This document shows positions 1-11,973 of a stretch of DNA of 64,000 nt, piece after piece. The DNA is from Octopus vulgaris (taxonomy: Eukaryota). The stretch is from assembly GCA_951406725.2 (NCBI GenBank), contig OX597824.1:96286001-96350000 (forward strand), read 5' to 3'. Below the pieces are notes generated by a model that made no database searches, was not told where the DNA came from, and saw nothing but the letters and a program-made list of their open reading frames with translations. Positions within the stretch are counted from its first letter, which is position 1. Each line of letters starts with the position of its first letter. The position numbers were made by a program, and so were the translations under genes.

Positions 1-177
1 GAAACGAAATATTACCTAGCTTGGAAGCAGGTGAGGGTTAGCAACAGGAAAGGCATCCGGCCATAGAAAACCTGCTTCAATAAACTTTGTCCACTCCATA
101 CCAGCATGGAAAAGTGGATGTTAAAAGTAAAAAAAAAAAAAAAAATGATGATGTATATTGTAAAAGCTGTAACATAC

Positions 178-315
178 CTTGCGTGAGTTTGGCTGAACCT
201 TGGATATTAGCACCGTTGATGGTACACAGGGCATTGTTGACTGGGAAGAGAGTGACCACACTGTCAGTATTTTCAATTACACAATGTTCTGCTTGCACAT
301 CTACTCCCGCCAACA
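178..315 (-). CDS. KIF16B: KIF16B-like exon 19, FHA (LAGVDVQAEHCVIENTDSVVTLFPVNNALCTINGANIQGSAKLTQG); gene continues beyond window
   Basis: TAG/GTATGT boundaries, 138 nt; FHA HC and NG motifs. Confidence 0.93.
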
Positions 316-1073
316 CTAGAAAATATAAGGAGACATATAAATTTCCAAACAAATCTTAATAATCAATTAAAATGGAAAAAACAAAATTGTTTGACGTCCC
401 CACCTCCTCCACCCAAGCAAAACCGGTCACTCTAAGAATGAGCATCATTTCTTTGATCAGGAAGGAGAGTTTGACAGAAGTCAGTAAGTTCATTTGGTAT
501 GGGAGTCTGGAGTTTGACCGTTTAGCACTCAGAATACTCCACCAAATGCAAAGCTTATTTATTCATTGTTTTGAATAAATCATGCGTTATTTTGTAGCTT
601 TGAGACTTCAATGATGCGATTGTTTATTATTTGAATGACATTGTAGGTTAGGTGTGAGAGGCCAAATCTGGTAGGTTTTGAACATAAAAACAGGTAGGAT
701 ATTTGAATATTTGGGCTGGATATGACCAGTTTAAATGCTAAAGAGTTAATGTTTCAGGGCCTTGCCTGTTGAGAGTGACAAAAGGTGGAAACAGTGGAAT
801 TGTTATTTCGGTTGGGGAAAAGCAACATTAAGTTTAGACCACCTTTTCTAGATTGTTCTTGATTAACAAACAAGCAGTGCTTTCTCTAGAAAAGGTTGCC
901 TAGTCACTCCAGAATCCTGCCAAATCTCTCCATTGGCATAATTTGGCGGAAAAAAAAAAAAATTATCAATATCTCAGGCCACCTATGAGCAAGTTTGAAA
1001 TTATATATCGTGATAAAATTTAAACAAAAAATATTACAGAAATAAAAACTAAAGAGCTATAATGTATATTCAC

Positions 1074-1125
1074 CAATATCTTGCTCAACTTCAGCATCGC
1101 CTCTGCCAATAGTTGTCTTTCCAGC
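1074..1125 (-). CDS. KIF16B: KIF16B-like exon 18, FHA start (AGKTTIGRGDAEVEQDIV)
   Basis: TAG/GTGAAT boundaries, 52 nt; FHA GR motif. Confidence 0.93.
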
Positions 1126-1337
1126 CTACAGGAACGAAAGAAGCAGGTTTCTTTTTACTTTTCTTCATACAACAATACATTATAAACCATCAGATCAAAC
1201 TAAATTTCTTTGGAAAATGGAGAAAAAAATTTATGTTGATTGATGTATAAATTAATGAGTTTATGAAATGGTTTAGGGAATTTACGGTCAGCAGTTTAAC
1301 AACTTAAGAATTAAATTATAAAAAGATGAAAAGTTAC

Positions 1338-1460
1338 CTTAAGATGATAAAGCATGATACCAGTGCTTAGGATGTCATCGTCAATACCAATAAGATGTGG
1401 AAGTTCGGAATCAAGAACAACACCAAGACCTTCCTTTCTCAGAGCAAGGGTCGTTTGTTC
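1338..1460 (-). CDS. KIF16B: KIF16B-like exon 17 (EQTTLALRKEGLGVVLDSELPHLIGIDDDILSTGIMLYHLK)
   Basis: TAG/GTAACT boundaries, 123 nt; near-identical to the KIF16B pre-FHA segment LALRKEGIGVVLDSELPHLIGIDDD, the main basis for the symbol. Confidence 0.96.
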
Positions 1461-1486
1461 CTATCAAGCAATATAAAGAACATAAA

Positions 1487-1970
1487 ATTATAATAATAAT
1501 AATAAAAATAAAAATAATAAAATTATTGTCGGTGCACCACAACTTGTCAAAAGTGCGTATAAAGCATATGCAGTAATGTAGAAATGTCTGGGAAGTGAAC
1601 AGTGTATGAGTCAGATAGATGCTTGCGTGTGTATGGAGGGGAGATAATCAGGTGTAGTGTTGGCGAATCTCAGGAAGCATGGAAGTTTTGAAGGATGCAG
1701 TGCTCCGACAACTAACAACTGATGCCGGCAGCTTGTGCCATGCTTCAGCAACTCTTAGCGTGAAAAAATGTTTCCTATAGTCATGGGAGCTGCGCTGTTT
1801 TCTGACTTTGTAAACATGTCCACGGGTGTTAGACAGATGGAGTTTGAAAAGGTGCTCAGAGTTATTGTTTGTAAGATGGTTAATAATTTTATGGGTGTCT
1901 GCCAAGTCAGCTGCCGGACGTCGGGATTTCAATGTATCCATACCTAGGGAAGTAAGACGTTCAGAATATG
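1487..1970 (-). mobile_element. CR1/L2-like LINE 3' fragment with (ATT)n tail
   Basis: ORF reads ERLTSLGMDTL..RR..ADL...TRGH..K...RKHFF..RV...W..LP, the CR1-clade C-terminal signature. Confidence 0.85.
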
Positions 1971-2352
1971 GGTGTGTGTGTGTGTGTATATATATGTGTG
2001 TGTGTATGTGTGTGTATGTACATATATATGTGTGTGTGTGTATATATATATATATATTTTCCATGCTAGCACGGGCTACCGCGTGTGTACCATTGGCGAT
2101 TTTTTTCCCTCTGTCTTCCCTTCTCTGGATCTTTCCTTCTCCTATGTTTCCGACGAAGGTCTCCACTCGAAACGTTAAACCCTCCTTCTTTCCTGAGCAT
2201 CCAATAATACTATATTTGTTCCACGTCCTCGCGTTGTGTTTTTTTGTGCTTTCATGTTTGGATTAACTTTAACTACATATGTATATATATATAAAACCCA
2301 AGTTAGATAAGTTACCACAATTACTATGTCATAACAGGAATGTTCAACTCAC

Positions 2353-2412
2353 CTGAAGTATACAAGCTGTTTCTTTCCATTTACCTGCCCACTCATCAGT
2401 TAGAACTTTCAC
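2353..2412 (-). CDS. KIF16B: KIF16B-like exon 16 (VKVLTDEWAGKWKETACILQ)
   Basis: CAG/GTGAGT boundaries, 60 nt; LT.EW..KW.ET..IL pattern of KIF16B. Confidence 0.93.
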
Positions 2413-3914
2413 CTGTCAAAGGTAAATGAAAAAAGAAATAAATAAATGAAACAAATCAAATTCTGACATGTAACTTTGAGCAGGGAATTATTAGAATTGG
2501 GGAGCTTTCAGTCCTTAATATTCAGTATTTAGTGATGGATTGGTGGGACTGGAAGGTTGGTAGGCAAAAAGGGGTTTACAGTATGTAGTGATGCCTCTTT
2601 AGATTTTGAACCCAAAAGGTGTGAGGGGTCAACTTGACCTTTAATCCTTTCTGAGATGAAAAAGTATCAGTAATAAACTGGTAACAAGCTGGTAGAATCA
2701 TCAAAATCGTTACCACATTGGACAAAATGCTGAGCAGTATTTCTTCCAGCTCTTTACGTTCTGAGTTCAAATCCCACTGGGGACAACTTTTGCCTGTCAT
2801 CGTTTTGGGGTTAACAGTCAAGTATTGGAGATGATGTAATTGACTTGGGCCCCTGCCCTCAAATTTTCTGGCTTTGAGCCCTGCATCAGACCAGCATCTT
2901 GTTCAAAGGTGTTGTTGTGATCTCAGTCACTTGTACAACACGGAAACTGGGTAACTGGTCTTAGGAGTCCTGGGGACTTGAGAAAAATAAATAAACTGGA
3001 TTCAGTACAATCGAATAATGTCTATAGACAAAGTAAGATACCGTGGAGAAAAATCCATTTGGTAATAAATACCTTGGTTGTTAACTATAATACCCTCATT
3101 GGTTTGCCAATTAATTAACACATTGATTAAGAAACACTAATTGATGTAGGGTATCCAATAATGAGGAGGTAAACTAACACCATTGATAACAACATGTGAT
3201 GTCTTCAGTTCAGGAATTTGCAGAACTGGAGGTGAATAAAAAGAAGCTGCTGAGGGGAAGGTGGGTTGAAGTGACAACAGATTCTGAGAGAATACAGGTG
3301 CAAATTACACAAAGCAATATTACCACACTTAAAGGCAGCAAGGTGGAGGCGCGTGGGTCAGTGGTTAGGGTGTTGGACTCGTGATCGTAAGATTGTGGTT
3401 TTGATTCCTGTATTGGGAAACATGTTGTGTTCTTGAGCAAAACACTTCATTTCATGTGGCTCCAGTCCACTCAGCTGGTAAAGATGAGTAATCTTGTGAT
3501 AGACCAGCACCTTGCCAAAGTGGGGAATTTATGCTATGGAAATCAGGAAAGCAGCCCTTATGAGACGGTATGACTTGGGAAGGTAACTTGACCCTTTTTT
3601 TTTGTTTTGTCTTTAAAGGTGGCAAGCTGCCAGAATTGCAATTGTGCTAGAAAAAATGCCTAACAGCATTTCTTCCAAATTTACATTTTTAGTTCAAATG
3701 CCGCTAGAGTTGACTTTGCCTTTCATCCTTTTGGGGAATGATAAAACAAGTTCTGGGATTAATGTAACCAAACTACCCACTCCCCTGAAATTGTTGGCAT
3801 GTGCCAAAATTTGAAACCAATATTACGATACTTATAAAGGGAGAAAACACAGTAAGTATGCGATGATTCTGCAAAGAATTCACATATTTCTCTAAAACTA
3901 ATTAAAAGACTTAC

Positions 3915-3968
3915 CCTTGCTTCATTTTCATGGAGTTTCTCCTGCACTTTTGGTGTCGTGATGTTATC
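3915..3968 (-). CDS. KIF16B: KIF16B-like exon 15 (DNITTPKVQEKLHENEAR)
   Basis: AAG/GTAAGT boundaries, 54 nt, phase 0-0; CC1 EKL..NEAR. Confidence 0.88.
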
Positions 3969-4075
3969 CTTAAACAGAAGATATTTTGGATGGGTTAATT
4001 CTAATGTAATCAAATTCATTATAAAATATTCAATAATTTTCTTATTCTACATCATATTCTAAAACAAATCCACGT

Positions 4076-4255
4076 AGATCAGTTCAACTTGCTTAGATCA
4101 AATCAACTTGCTTAGAGCTCAGATCAACTTGTTTAGAGCTCAGATCAACTTGCTTAGCTCATTTAACTTGCCTGTGATCATTTCAACTTACTTTAGTTCT
4201 AGGCATCTTAGACCAATTCCAGGTTACTTAGATGAGTCCCAGTTTACTTAGATCA
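4076..4255. repeat. Degenerate 20-21-bp tandem repeat (AGATCAACTTGCTTAGAGCTC)
   Basis: Several successive CAACTTGCTTAG units that decay rightwards. Confidence 0.7.
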
Positions 4256-5416
4256 GAAATTTCTATTTTTTCCCCCCAAAATTGACGTTTAACATCCTTG
4301 ATTTATACTATTTTTTACTGGATGCAAAACATTTAGTCAATTTTTTATGCATCTCTTTAGTTCACCCAAATGTAGACTGTCTATCTTTTCATGGACCTTT
4401 TGCTGTTTAAGCTGTGATGATGTAATGTATCAGAAAGATGTTCTGGCCACAATTGTCTTGTCTTGTCTTTTTCCCAAACACAGTTAATAAGGATCAAATT
4501 ACTCAATGTATCATTATTTTTTAAGATAGCAAGATATGATTTCTGGAAGACTAAGGTTGCTAACAGATTGAGTCATCACTGGAAGACTTAGGCTATTTGC
4601 CAATTGAGATATCACACAGTCTACCTCACTAACTTTGTAGATATTTGACAGATGAGAATCAAATATTCTCCTGGTTAGAATGTCACTCTATCACAGATTA
4701 ACTTTCCCTATCATAACAAATAAACCAACACTGCAAGTCAATAAATCACAAGTTTTAGAGTAAGTTTAATTGCTGTTTAACTGATGAATAATATTAAGAC
4801 AATTATCCTAAGTTACTCAACATAAAACAACAGAATTTACGATTAAATAGAAGTTAGTAATATTTATAACATCAAGTTATGACGTGATACTAAATTGCAA
4901 GAAAATTTGTATTCTGTTAAATCAATACATCAAACATTATGTTAACTTTCAGATTCTACAGCAAAGAAAAAATATATTAATACTGGACTCAGCATCATCA
5001 TCGTTTAACATCCGTTTTCCATGCTAGCATGGTTTGATAGTATGTAATACAAGGGTTGAAATCATTTCCACTTCTTAAAAATGATAACTATTATCCATTT
5101 ATACATCTTTGTCCACTATTCCTTGGAGGGTTGCAGGGATAGAATCCTCGGGCATTTCTTCCCCTATAGGGTCCTATCACAAGCAACTGTCATTCCCAAG
5201 TGTTGCCAACTGGGACAATGGCTAATTATCCAACCATCTCGTTCTTGCTCTACCACTAAATCTCCTGACAGTTGGCTCGGCTTGAAGAATGTCTTGTGAT
5301 TCTTTCCTGCAATATTCTAATCCCATGGCTGTAGTATTGTAGCTGGGACTTCTCAATATGGAAATGTAGTGACTTGACCTGGGGAGACTCTCTGATCTCC
5401 ATACTGTGAACACTGT

Positions 5417-5950
5417 TAATAATAATAATAATGAAATTATTGTATACAGTGCTCAGGTGCACCACAATTTGTCAAAAGTGCATATAAAGCATATGCAGTA
5501 ATGTACAAATGTCTGGAAAGTGAACAGTGTATGAGTCCGATACATGCTTGCGTGTGCATGGAGGGGAGAAAATCAGGTGTAGTGTTGGTGAATCTCAGAA
5601 AGCATGGAAGTTTTGAAGGATGCAGTGCTCCGACAACTAACAACTGATGCCGGCAGTTTGTTCCATGCTTCAGCAACTCTTAGCGTGAAAAAATGTTTCC
5701 GAAAGTCATGGGAGTTGTGCTGTTTTCTGACTTTGTAAATATGTCCATGGGTGTTAGACAGGTGGAGTTTGAAAAGGTGCTCAGAGTTATTGTTTGTAAG
5801 ATGGTTAATAATTTTATGGGTGTCTGCCAAGTCAGCTGCCAGATGTCGGAGTTTCAATGTATCCATGCCCAGGGAAGTAAGGCGTTCAGAATATGGAAAA
5901 TGCCTGATAATGTTAACCCAGAGATTTTTCGGAGGAACCCTATTTCTGTT
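5417..5950 (-). mobile_element. CR1/L2-like LINE 3' fragment, same family as 1487-1970
   Basis: Highly similar nucleotide and peptide sequence to the first copy; a third shorter copy lies at ~52325-52490. Confidence 0.85.
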
Positions 5951-6189
5951 ATATGTATTCGTGATTGTTCGCTTTTATGCTGTTCCAAATAATATTTATT
6001 GGGTTGATTTATGCAGTTATAAAATAAAATTACATTTTAGATAAGCCCCCAAAAAAATACCAATTAAGATAAATGGACCTTGAAGAAAATGACAACATTT
6101 ACCAGAAATTAAAAGAAATTACAAACTTCAATAAAAAACATTAACAAATGGAGAAATAATTGGAGAAATCTATTGGTTTCATTACTTAC

Positions 6190-6264
6190 AATATTTCCAC
6201 CCAGCATTGCACGGAGACGAGCAATTTCAGCACGGAGTTCTCTAATCAGACGGACATTAGGATC
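6190..6264 (-). CDS. KIF16B: KIF16B-like exon 14, neck coil (DPNVRLIRELRAEIARLRAMLGGNI)
   Basis: CAG/GTAAGT boundaries, 75 nt; kinesin-3 neck coil. Confidence 0.95.
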
Positions 6265-6602
6265 CTGAAAAACAGAGACAGTATATCGCTTGAGAATGCT
6301 TAATCTATAATAATAATAAACTAGTGAAACAGTATTTAGGATAATCCCTTCTTATGTCTCTAAAAACAAAGTGAGTACAGTTTGTACAGAGATAGCTATG
6401 AGAGTGTAGGGAGTGCTTTTTACGTGCCACTGGCACGGGAGCCAGTAAGGCGGCATTGGTATCGGCCACGTTTGGATGGTGCTTTTTATGTACTACCAGC
6501 ACAGGAGCCAGTCAAGGGGCTGGCAAGTTGGGGCAGGGATAATTACATATAATTATTAATTTTCTGAAATTATTTTTAAAAGGATTTGATAATTAGTCTC
6601 AC

Positions 6603-6700
6603 CTCGTTAATTGTTGGTCGGTTAATGATGTTCTTTGCTCTGTTTGCATATCGTAAGGTACTCAATGTTTCCCCATAGTTAACGTCTGCTGGAGATATGG
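6603..6700 (-). CDS. KIF16B: KIF16B-like exon 13 ([32 protein letters not shown])
   Basis: CAG/GTGAGA boundaries, 98 nt; end of motor domain and neck linker. Confidence 0.96.
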
Positions 6701-6817
6701 CTGTGGAAAGAAATCAAAGGTTTATTTTATGCCAATGGGGAAACACCATAACGAATTCTGATGAGAATTTTCTTGAAATAATCTGAATTGAAATTTCTGT
6801 CACTGTCAGGCATTTCT

Positions 6818-7210
6818 CTGTGTGTGTGTGCATGTGTTTGCAGGCTTGTGCATGCACGTGTGAGTGTGTATACGTCTGTTGCAAGGTTGTGTGTGTGTGT
6901 ATATATACGTGTGAAGCAGGCTTGTGTGTGTATACATGTTGTGTGTGTATACATGTTGTGTGTGTATACATGTTGTGTGTGTGTGAAGCAGGCTTGTGTG
7001 TGTATACATGTTGTGTGTGTATACATGTTGTGTGTGTGTGAAGCAGGCTTGTGTGTGTGTATATACGTGTTGTGTGTGTGTGTGTACAAGTGAAGCAGGC
7101 TTGTGTGTGTGTGTGCACATGTGCATGTGTTGCAGGCTTGTTTGTGTACTCGTGTTGCAGGCTTGTGTGCATGTGTGTGCATGTGTGCGCATGCACATAT
7201 ACATGTGCTT
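6818..7210. repeat. Compound (TG)n microsatellite / minisatellite with GAAGCAGGCTT and ATACATGTT spacers
   Basis: Visible higher-order repetition. Confidence 0.9.
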
Positions 7211-7898
7211 CATTGTCTGTGTCTGTTCTCACTGTTAAACAAGTGTAAAAAGTGCATCAAATTATGTCTCTTTGCACCTAAAAAGAGTCTGAGGCATAAA
7301 TTTAAACTTTAAAGTCCAAAAATGTTTAACAAGCACTAATATTGGGAAACAGAAACATAACACTGATTTCAAATATTGGCACAAGGCCAGCAATGCCAGG
7401 AGACGGGGTGAGCTGATTACATCAACCCCAGTATTCAACTGGTACTTATTTTATCAACCCTGAAAGATGACCTCAGCAGGATTTGAACTCAGAACATAAA
7501 GACAGATGAAATACTGCTAAGCATTTTTTTCTGGTGCGCTAATGATTCTGCCAGTTCACCACCTTAGATACAAATAAAATATTGAAGTGTAAAAGACAAA
7601 AAAAATGTCATGATTTTGTAAGGTAGGAAATCCGCAATAGTTCACTGGAACTTTTAGTGTGACCCTAAGGCTCTCAATCCTATTTACTGGCCACTAGATA
7701 AAATGTCTGTTCCCCCACAGCTGTCCATCTAAAGATGTGGAAGTTCAAACTGCCTGCTTCATCACCTGACATCACTTCATCTCTTTCTTCTAACAGCTAG
7801 CATCCCCTAGCATCTTCGTCAACAACCAGCATCCCCTTTCACTTCCAGCCCCTCACCTGCCCTGCCACGAATATAAATGTTGAAGCAATACGACTTAC

Positions 7899-8012
7899 TT
7901 GCAACCATTATGGTTCTTGAATTGCCACCGAGACTGTCTTTTAAAAGCCAAGTCAAAACTGAGTTCCGATATGGAATGAAAATGCTTTTTACCTTCTTTT
8001 CAGACATCTCGG
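7899..8012 (-). CDS. KIF16B: KIF16B-like exon 12 ([38 protein letters not shown])
   Basis: CAG/GTAAGT boundaries, 114 nt; PYR.S.LT.LL.DSLGGN motif with a short K-loop. Confidence 0.96.
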
Positions 8013-8224
8013 CTGTAATGAAAGAAGAAATGAAGATTAATCAGTTAATTGTAAGCATGAAGACATGAAACATTCAATGATTTCAAGAAAGAACAGGGAA
8101 ACCCAGTAACCAACTCATTAGGCTGGTTCCTAGGTTTCCCTTGATGTATAAATGACAGAGGTCACATTTCCCCTGAATGAGATGCTGGTCTGTTGCAGGG
8201 TCAAAGGGCCAGGAATTCTGAAAT

Positions 8225-8702
8225 CGAAATCAAATTCGATGACTGGCATCCGTGCTAGTGGAGCACTAAGATCACCATCCGAGCGTGATGGTTGCCAGAG
8301 CGGCTAACTGGCTTCCGTGCCGGTGGCATGTAAAAGGCACCATTTGAGCGTGATCGTTACCAGCGTCGCCTCACTGGCTCTTGTGCTGGTGGCACGTGAA
8401 AAAAACATTCGAGCGAGGTCGTTGCCAGTGCCACTGGACTGGCTCCTGTGCAGGTGGCACGTAAAAAACACCATCTCAGCATGGCTGTTGCCAGTACTGC
8501 CTGACTGGCCCCCGTGCCGGTGGCATGTAAAAGCACCCACTACACTCTCAGAGTGGTTGGCATTAGGAAGGGCATCCAGCTGTAGAAACTCTGCCAGATC
8601 AGATTGGAGCCTGGTGCAGCCATCTGGTTCGCCAATCTTCAGTCAAATCGTCCAACCCATGCTAGCATGGAAAGCAGACATTAAACAATGATGATGATGA
8701 TG
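8225..8702 (+). mobile_element. SINE family D with internal GTGCCGGTGGCACGTAAAAAGCACC repeats and (GAT)n tail
   Basis: Repeated internal unit followed by GGAAGGGCATCCAGCTGTAGAAAC...CCCATGCTAGCATGGAAA..(GAT)n; copies ~12060-12300(-), 12620-12925(-), 16020-16375(-), 20210-20485, 26180-26530(-), 30195-30545, 33195-33700, 40790-41095, 58065-58450, 58880-59150, 61835-62030(-). Confidence 0.82.
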
Positions 8703-9714
8703 GTGCCAATTGATTACATCAACCCCTGCACATGACTGGTATTTTCTTTTTTACCAGCCCCAAAAGGATAAAAGGCAAAGCTGACCTCAACAGGATTTGA
8801 ACTCAGAACATAAAATGCCAGAAGAAACTGCTAAGCATCTTGTCTGATGTTCTTGTGATGCTGCCAGTTTCTTGCCTTAACAAACTTCTGTGACTGTTTT
8901 GGCAGGAAATTTACAGCTGGATGCCCTTCCTAACACCAACCAAAATGCAATATTTGTTTTATCAATTTCTACTTATTGAATGGCTAAGTTACTTTTTGTT
9001 AAAACACACTATTTTACAATGGTACACACAAAGATATACATAACCATTTGCAAAAGAGCACTTTACATACAAAGGGTTTCCTCACAGTTTCCATCTACCA
9101 AATTCCACTCACAAAGCACTGGCCATCCTGAGGCTACAGTAGAAAACACCTGCACAGTGGAACTGAACTTGGAACTCCATCACTGTAAAACAAACTTCTT
9201 AACCACAAGGCTGTGACTGCACTTTTCTCACCAAAATTATAGAATCTCTGGAAAAATTGTCTTCTACTATAGGGTCAATGAAAGCCCTGGAAGTGGATTT
9301 GGTAGATGGAAACTGAAAGAAGCCCATCATCATTTAACAGGTTCTCCTTACTGGTATGGGTTGAACAGTTTGACAGGAGCTGGCAAGACGGGAGCTGCAC
9401 CAGGTTCAATAATGGTCTGTTTTGGCATGGTTTCTACAGCTGGATGCCCTTTCTTATGCCAAAGTACACGTGTGTATGAGTGTGTGCATGCACATGCATG
9501 CATGTGTGTGTGTGTGTGTGTCCGTTGTTTTGACATTGTTAGATTGTTGTAAATAAATGGCATTCGTTTCCAATATTCTGCAGAAGCATGTCAAGTTACG
9601 AGGAATGATTATCTTCCTCAGAAACCAGTAAGGATTGGTGACAGGAAGAGCATCCAACCAGAGAAAGTCTGCCTCAGCAAATTCTGTCCAACCCATGCAA
9701 GCATGGAAAAGTGG

Positions 9715-9922
9715 ATAATGATGATGATGAAGATGACGATGAAGATGATGACGATAATGACGATGAAGATGATGATGATGAAGATGATGATGATGATGAA
9801 GATGATGATGAAGGTGATGAAGATGATGATGATGAAGATGATGATGATGAAGATGATGATGATGAAGATGATGATGAAGAAGATGATGATGATGATGATG
9901 ATGATGAAGATGATGATGACGC
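9715..9922. repeat. (GAT/GAA/GAC)n trinucleotide tract, expanded SINE tail
   Basis: About 200 nt of GAN triplets directly after the CCCATGCAAGCATGGAAAAGTGGA tail. Confidence 0.92.
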
Positions 9923-9963
9923 TACTTCAATATTGTTGAAGTTGTCAGTTAGAGAGAACCTAC

Positions 9964-10064
9964 CTAAAACTGATATTACATTACCCAGCGTAACCAATGA
10001 CTTGTTGATACTGGCCCCTTCCTTAAGTCGTTGTCCTGTTGCTCCCGTAGCATCGGCCCGTTCA
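9964..10064 (-). CDS. KIF16B: KIF16B-like exon 11 ([34 protein letters not shown])
   Basis: AAG/GTAGGT boundaries, 101 nt; RLKEG..INKSL motif. Confidence 0.96.
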
Positions 10065-10361
10065 CTTGAAAAAGAAAATGGATTTTTAGCACAGACAGGA
10101 ATTAATTGAATAAAGAAATGATACAGGATGTCATCAGTAAAATTTGATTTAAGGAACTGGAGGCAAACGACAAAAGCCTCAGCAGCCAGGGAGCCAACCA
10201 TTTGCAGAATTGTTTAGGGAATAATAAAGAATGGATATGAAATGATTGGAGGACATGGCTGTCTTGGACAATGCTGGCAATATGGTGTGACTGGACTGGA
10301 CATTCGGTCGGTTTTTATGACAGTATTTTGTGGCAATGGAGGCAAACACACACACATACAC

Positions 10362-10514
10362 ATAGAGAGAAGAGAGAGGAAGAGAGAAGAGAGAGGAAGA
10401 GAGAAGAGAGAGGAAGAGAGAAGAGAGAGGAAGAGAGAAGAGGGAGGGAGAGAGAGAAGATAGAAGAGAGGGAGAGAGAAGAAGAGAGGGAGAGAGAAGA
10501 GAGAGGGAGAGAGA

Positions 10515-10545
<31 letters not shown>

Positions 10546-10838
10546 AATAGAGGGAGGAGAGAGAAGAGAGAGAAGAGAGAGAAAAGAGAGGGAGAGAGAG
10601 GAGAGAGAAGAGGGAGGGAGAGAGAGAAGGAAAGGGAGAGAGGGAGATAGAAGAGAGGGAGAGAGAAGAGAGAGGGAGAAAGAGAGAGGGAGAGAGAAGA
10701 GAGAGGGAGAAGAAGAGGGAGGGAGAATAGAGGGAGGGAGAGAGTAGAGGGAGGGAGAGAGAAGAGAAGGAGATAGAAGGGAGAGAGAAGAGAGGGAGAA
10801 AGAAGAGATGGAGATAGAAGAAAGGGAGAGAGAAGATT
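10362..10838. repeat. Polypurine (GA-rich) tract
   Basis: About 470 nt almost exclusively G and A. Confidence 0.92.
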
Positions 10839-11905
10839 AGAATTTATTAATTAAACATGATTGACATAAACACTTTCTGTCACTTCACCCACTCACAATG
10901 AAATATGCTCACATATAAGGGAGAGAAGGTGGAGGGGGTTGGAGAGAGCATGGGAGCGAGGGAGGGAGAGAGAGAGAGAATGAGAGAAACTTTAGAATAA
11001 AAGAAACATGAAACCATCTGATGCCAATTTGTCAGCATCAAATCAGTGATGCCAAATCCATGGCACCAGAATGGCCGTGCCCAAATGTCTTGTACACATT
11101 AAAGAATATGTCTCTCCATAATATTATCAGTTTATCTTAGACTGCACAAGGGAGACTAAATCTATTTATTAATTGACTAACAAAAAGAATTATGAATGAT
11201 AGAATAAGTTTATTCATTAACCGTTTAGCATTCAGATTACTGTCAAACGTAATGCTTATGTATTCACATCATTCAAAATTAATCCTGCATTATTTAAAAA
11301 CTTTGTGATTTCAATGATGTGATTATTACTTCTGCCTTAGCGAAGGCAGAGGTATTGTTTTCAGTTGTATTTGCTTGTCTGTCTGTGGACAAGATATCTC
11401 AAGAACTGCAGGATGGATTTGGATGAAACTTTCAGGGATGTTTGGCCTCGTGACAGGCATGAATTAATTAGATTTGGGAATTGATCCCATGCCAGACAAT
11501 AATTCTGGATTATTTTCCTGGTTTCTTTACTTAATTTTTGAGAGTGGTCAGGTTCATTCTTAGTATTCTCGTTTCTGAGAGCAGTTGAGTTTATTTCAGA
11601 TATTCCCATTTTAAAAATCATCTCTGGCTAATTGTTGAGAGGACATTGGTGTTGCCTTGGTGGGGGTTTGCACTCTCTGAGTGCCCTTGTTTATTTTTAA
11701 AATGACAATGAATGGTAGATGTAAGAGGTCAAAGGTGTGACCAGAGTGAAGATAAAACAGGTAGAATATTTCGGCTGGATGTGGCCAGTTCAAATGCTAA
11801 AGGGTTAAATGACTAACAAAAGGAATCATGAATGACAGAATAGATCTATTTATTGACCAACAAAAAGAATTATGAATGAAATTGAAGGTGATAAAAACAT
11901 CCTAC

Positions 11906-11973
11906 CTTCCAGCTAAATCAACCAAATGAATTTTGCTGTGGATCTCACTTGGCATATCTTTAACAAACTTGGC
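11906..11973 (-). CDS. KIF16B: KIF16B-like exon 10, switch II (AKFVKDMPSEIHSKIHLVDLAGS)
   Basis: TAG/GTAGGA boundaries, 68 nt; LVDLAGS motif. Confidence 0.96.

Noticed and set aside
6714-7312. Cluster of long His/Thr- or Val/Cys-rich ORFs (also 34391-34759 and 56376-56925)
   Set aside because: Translations of (CA/TG)n microsatellites; no splice or domain support
9674-10747. Poly-Ser, poly-Asp, poly-Met and Arg/Glu-rich ORFs
   Set aside because: Products of (GAT)n and (GA)n tracts; only 9964-10064 is a real exon
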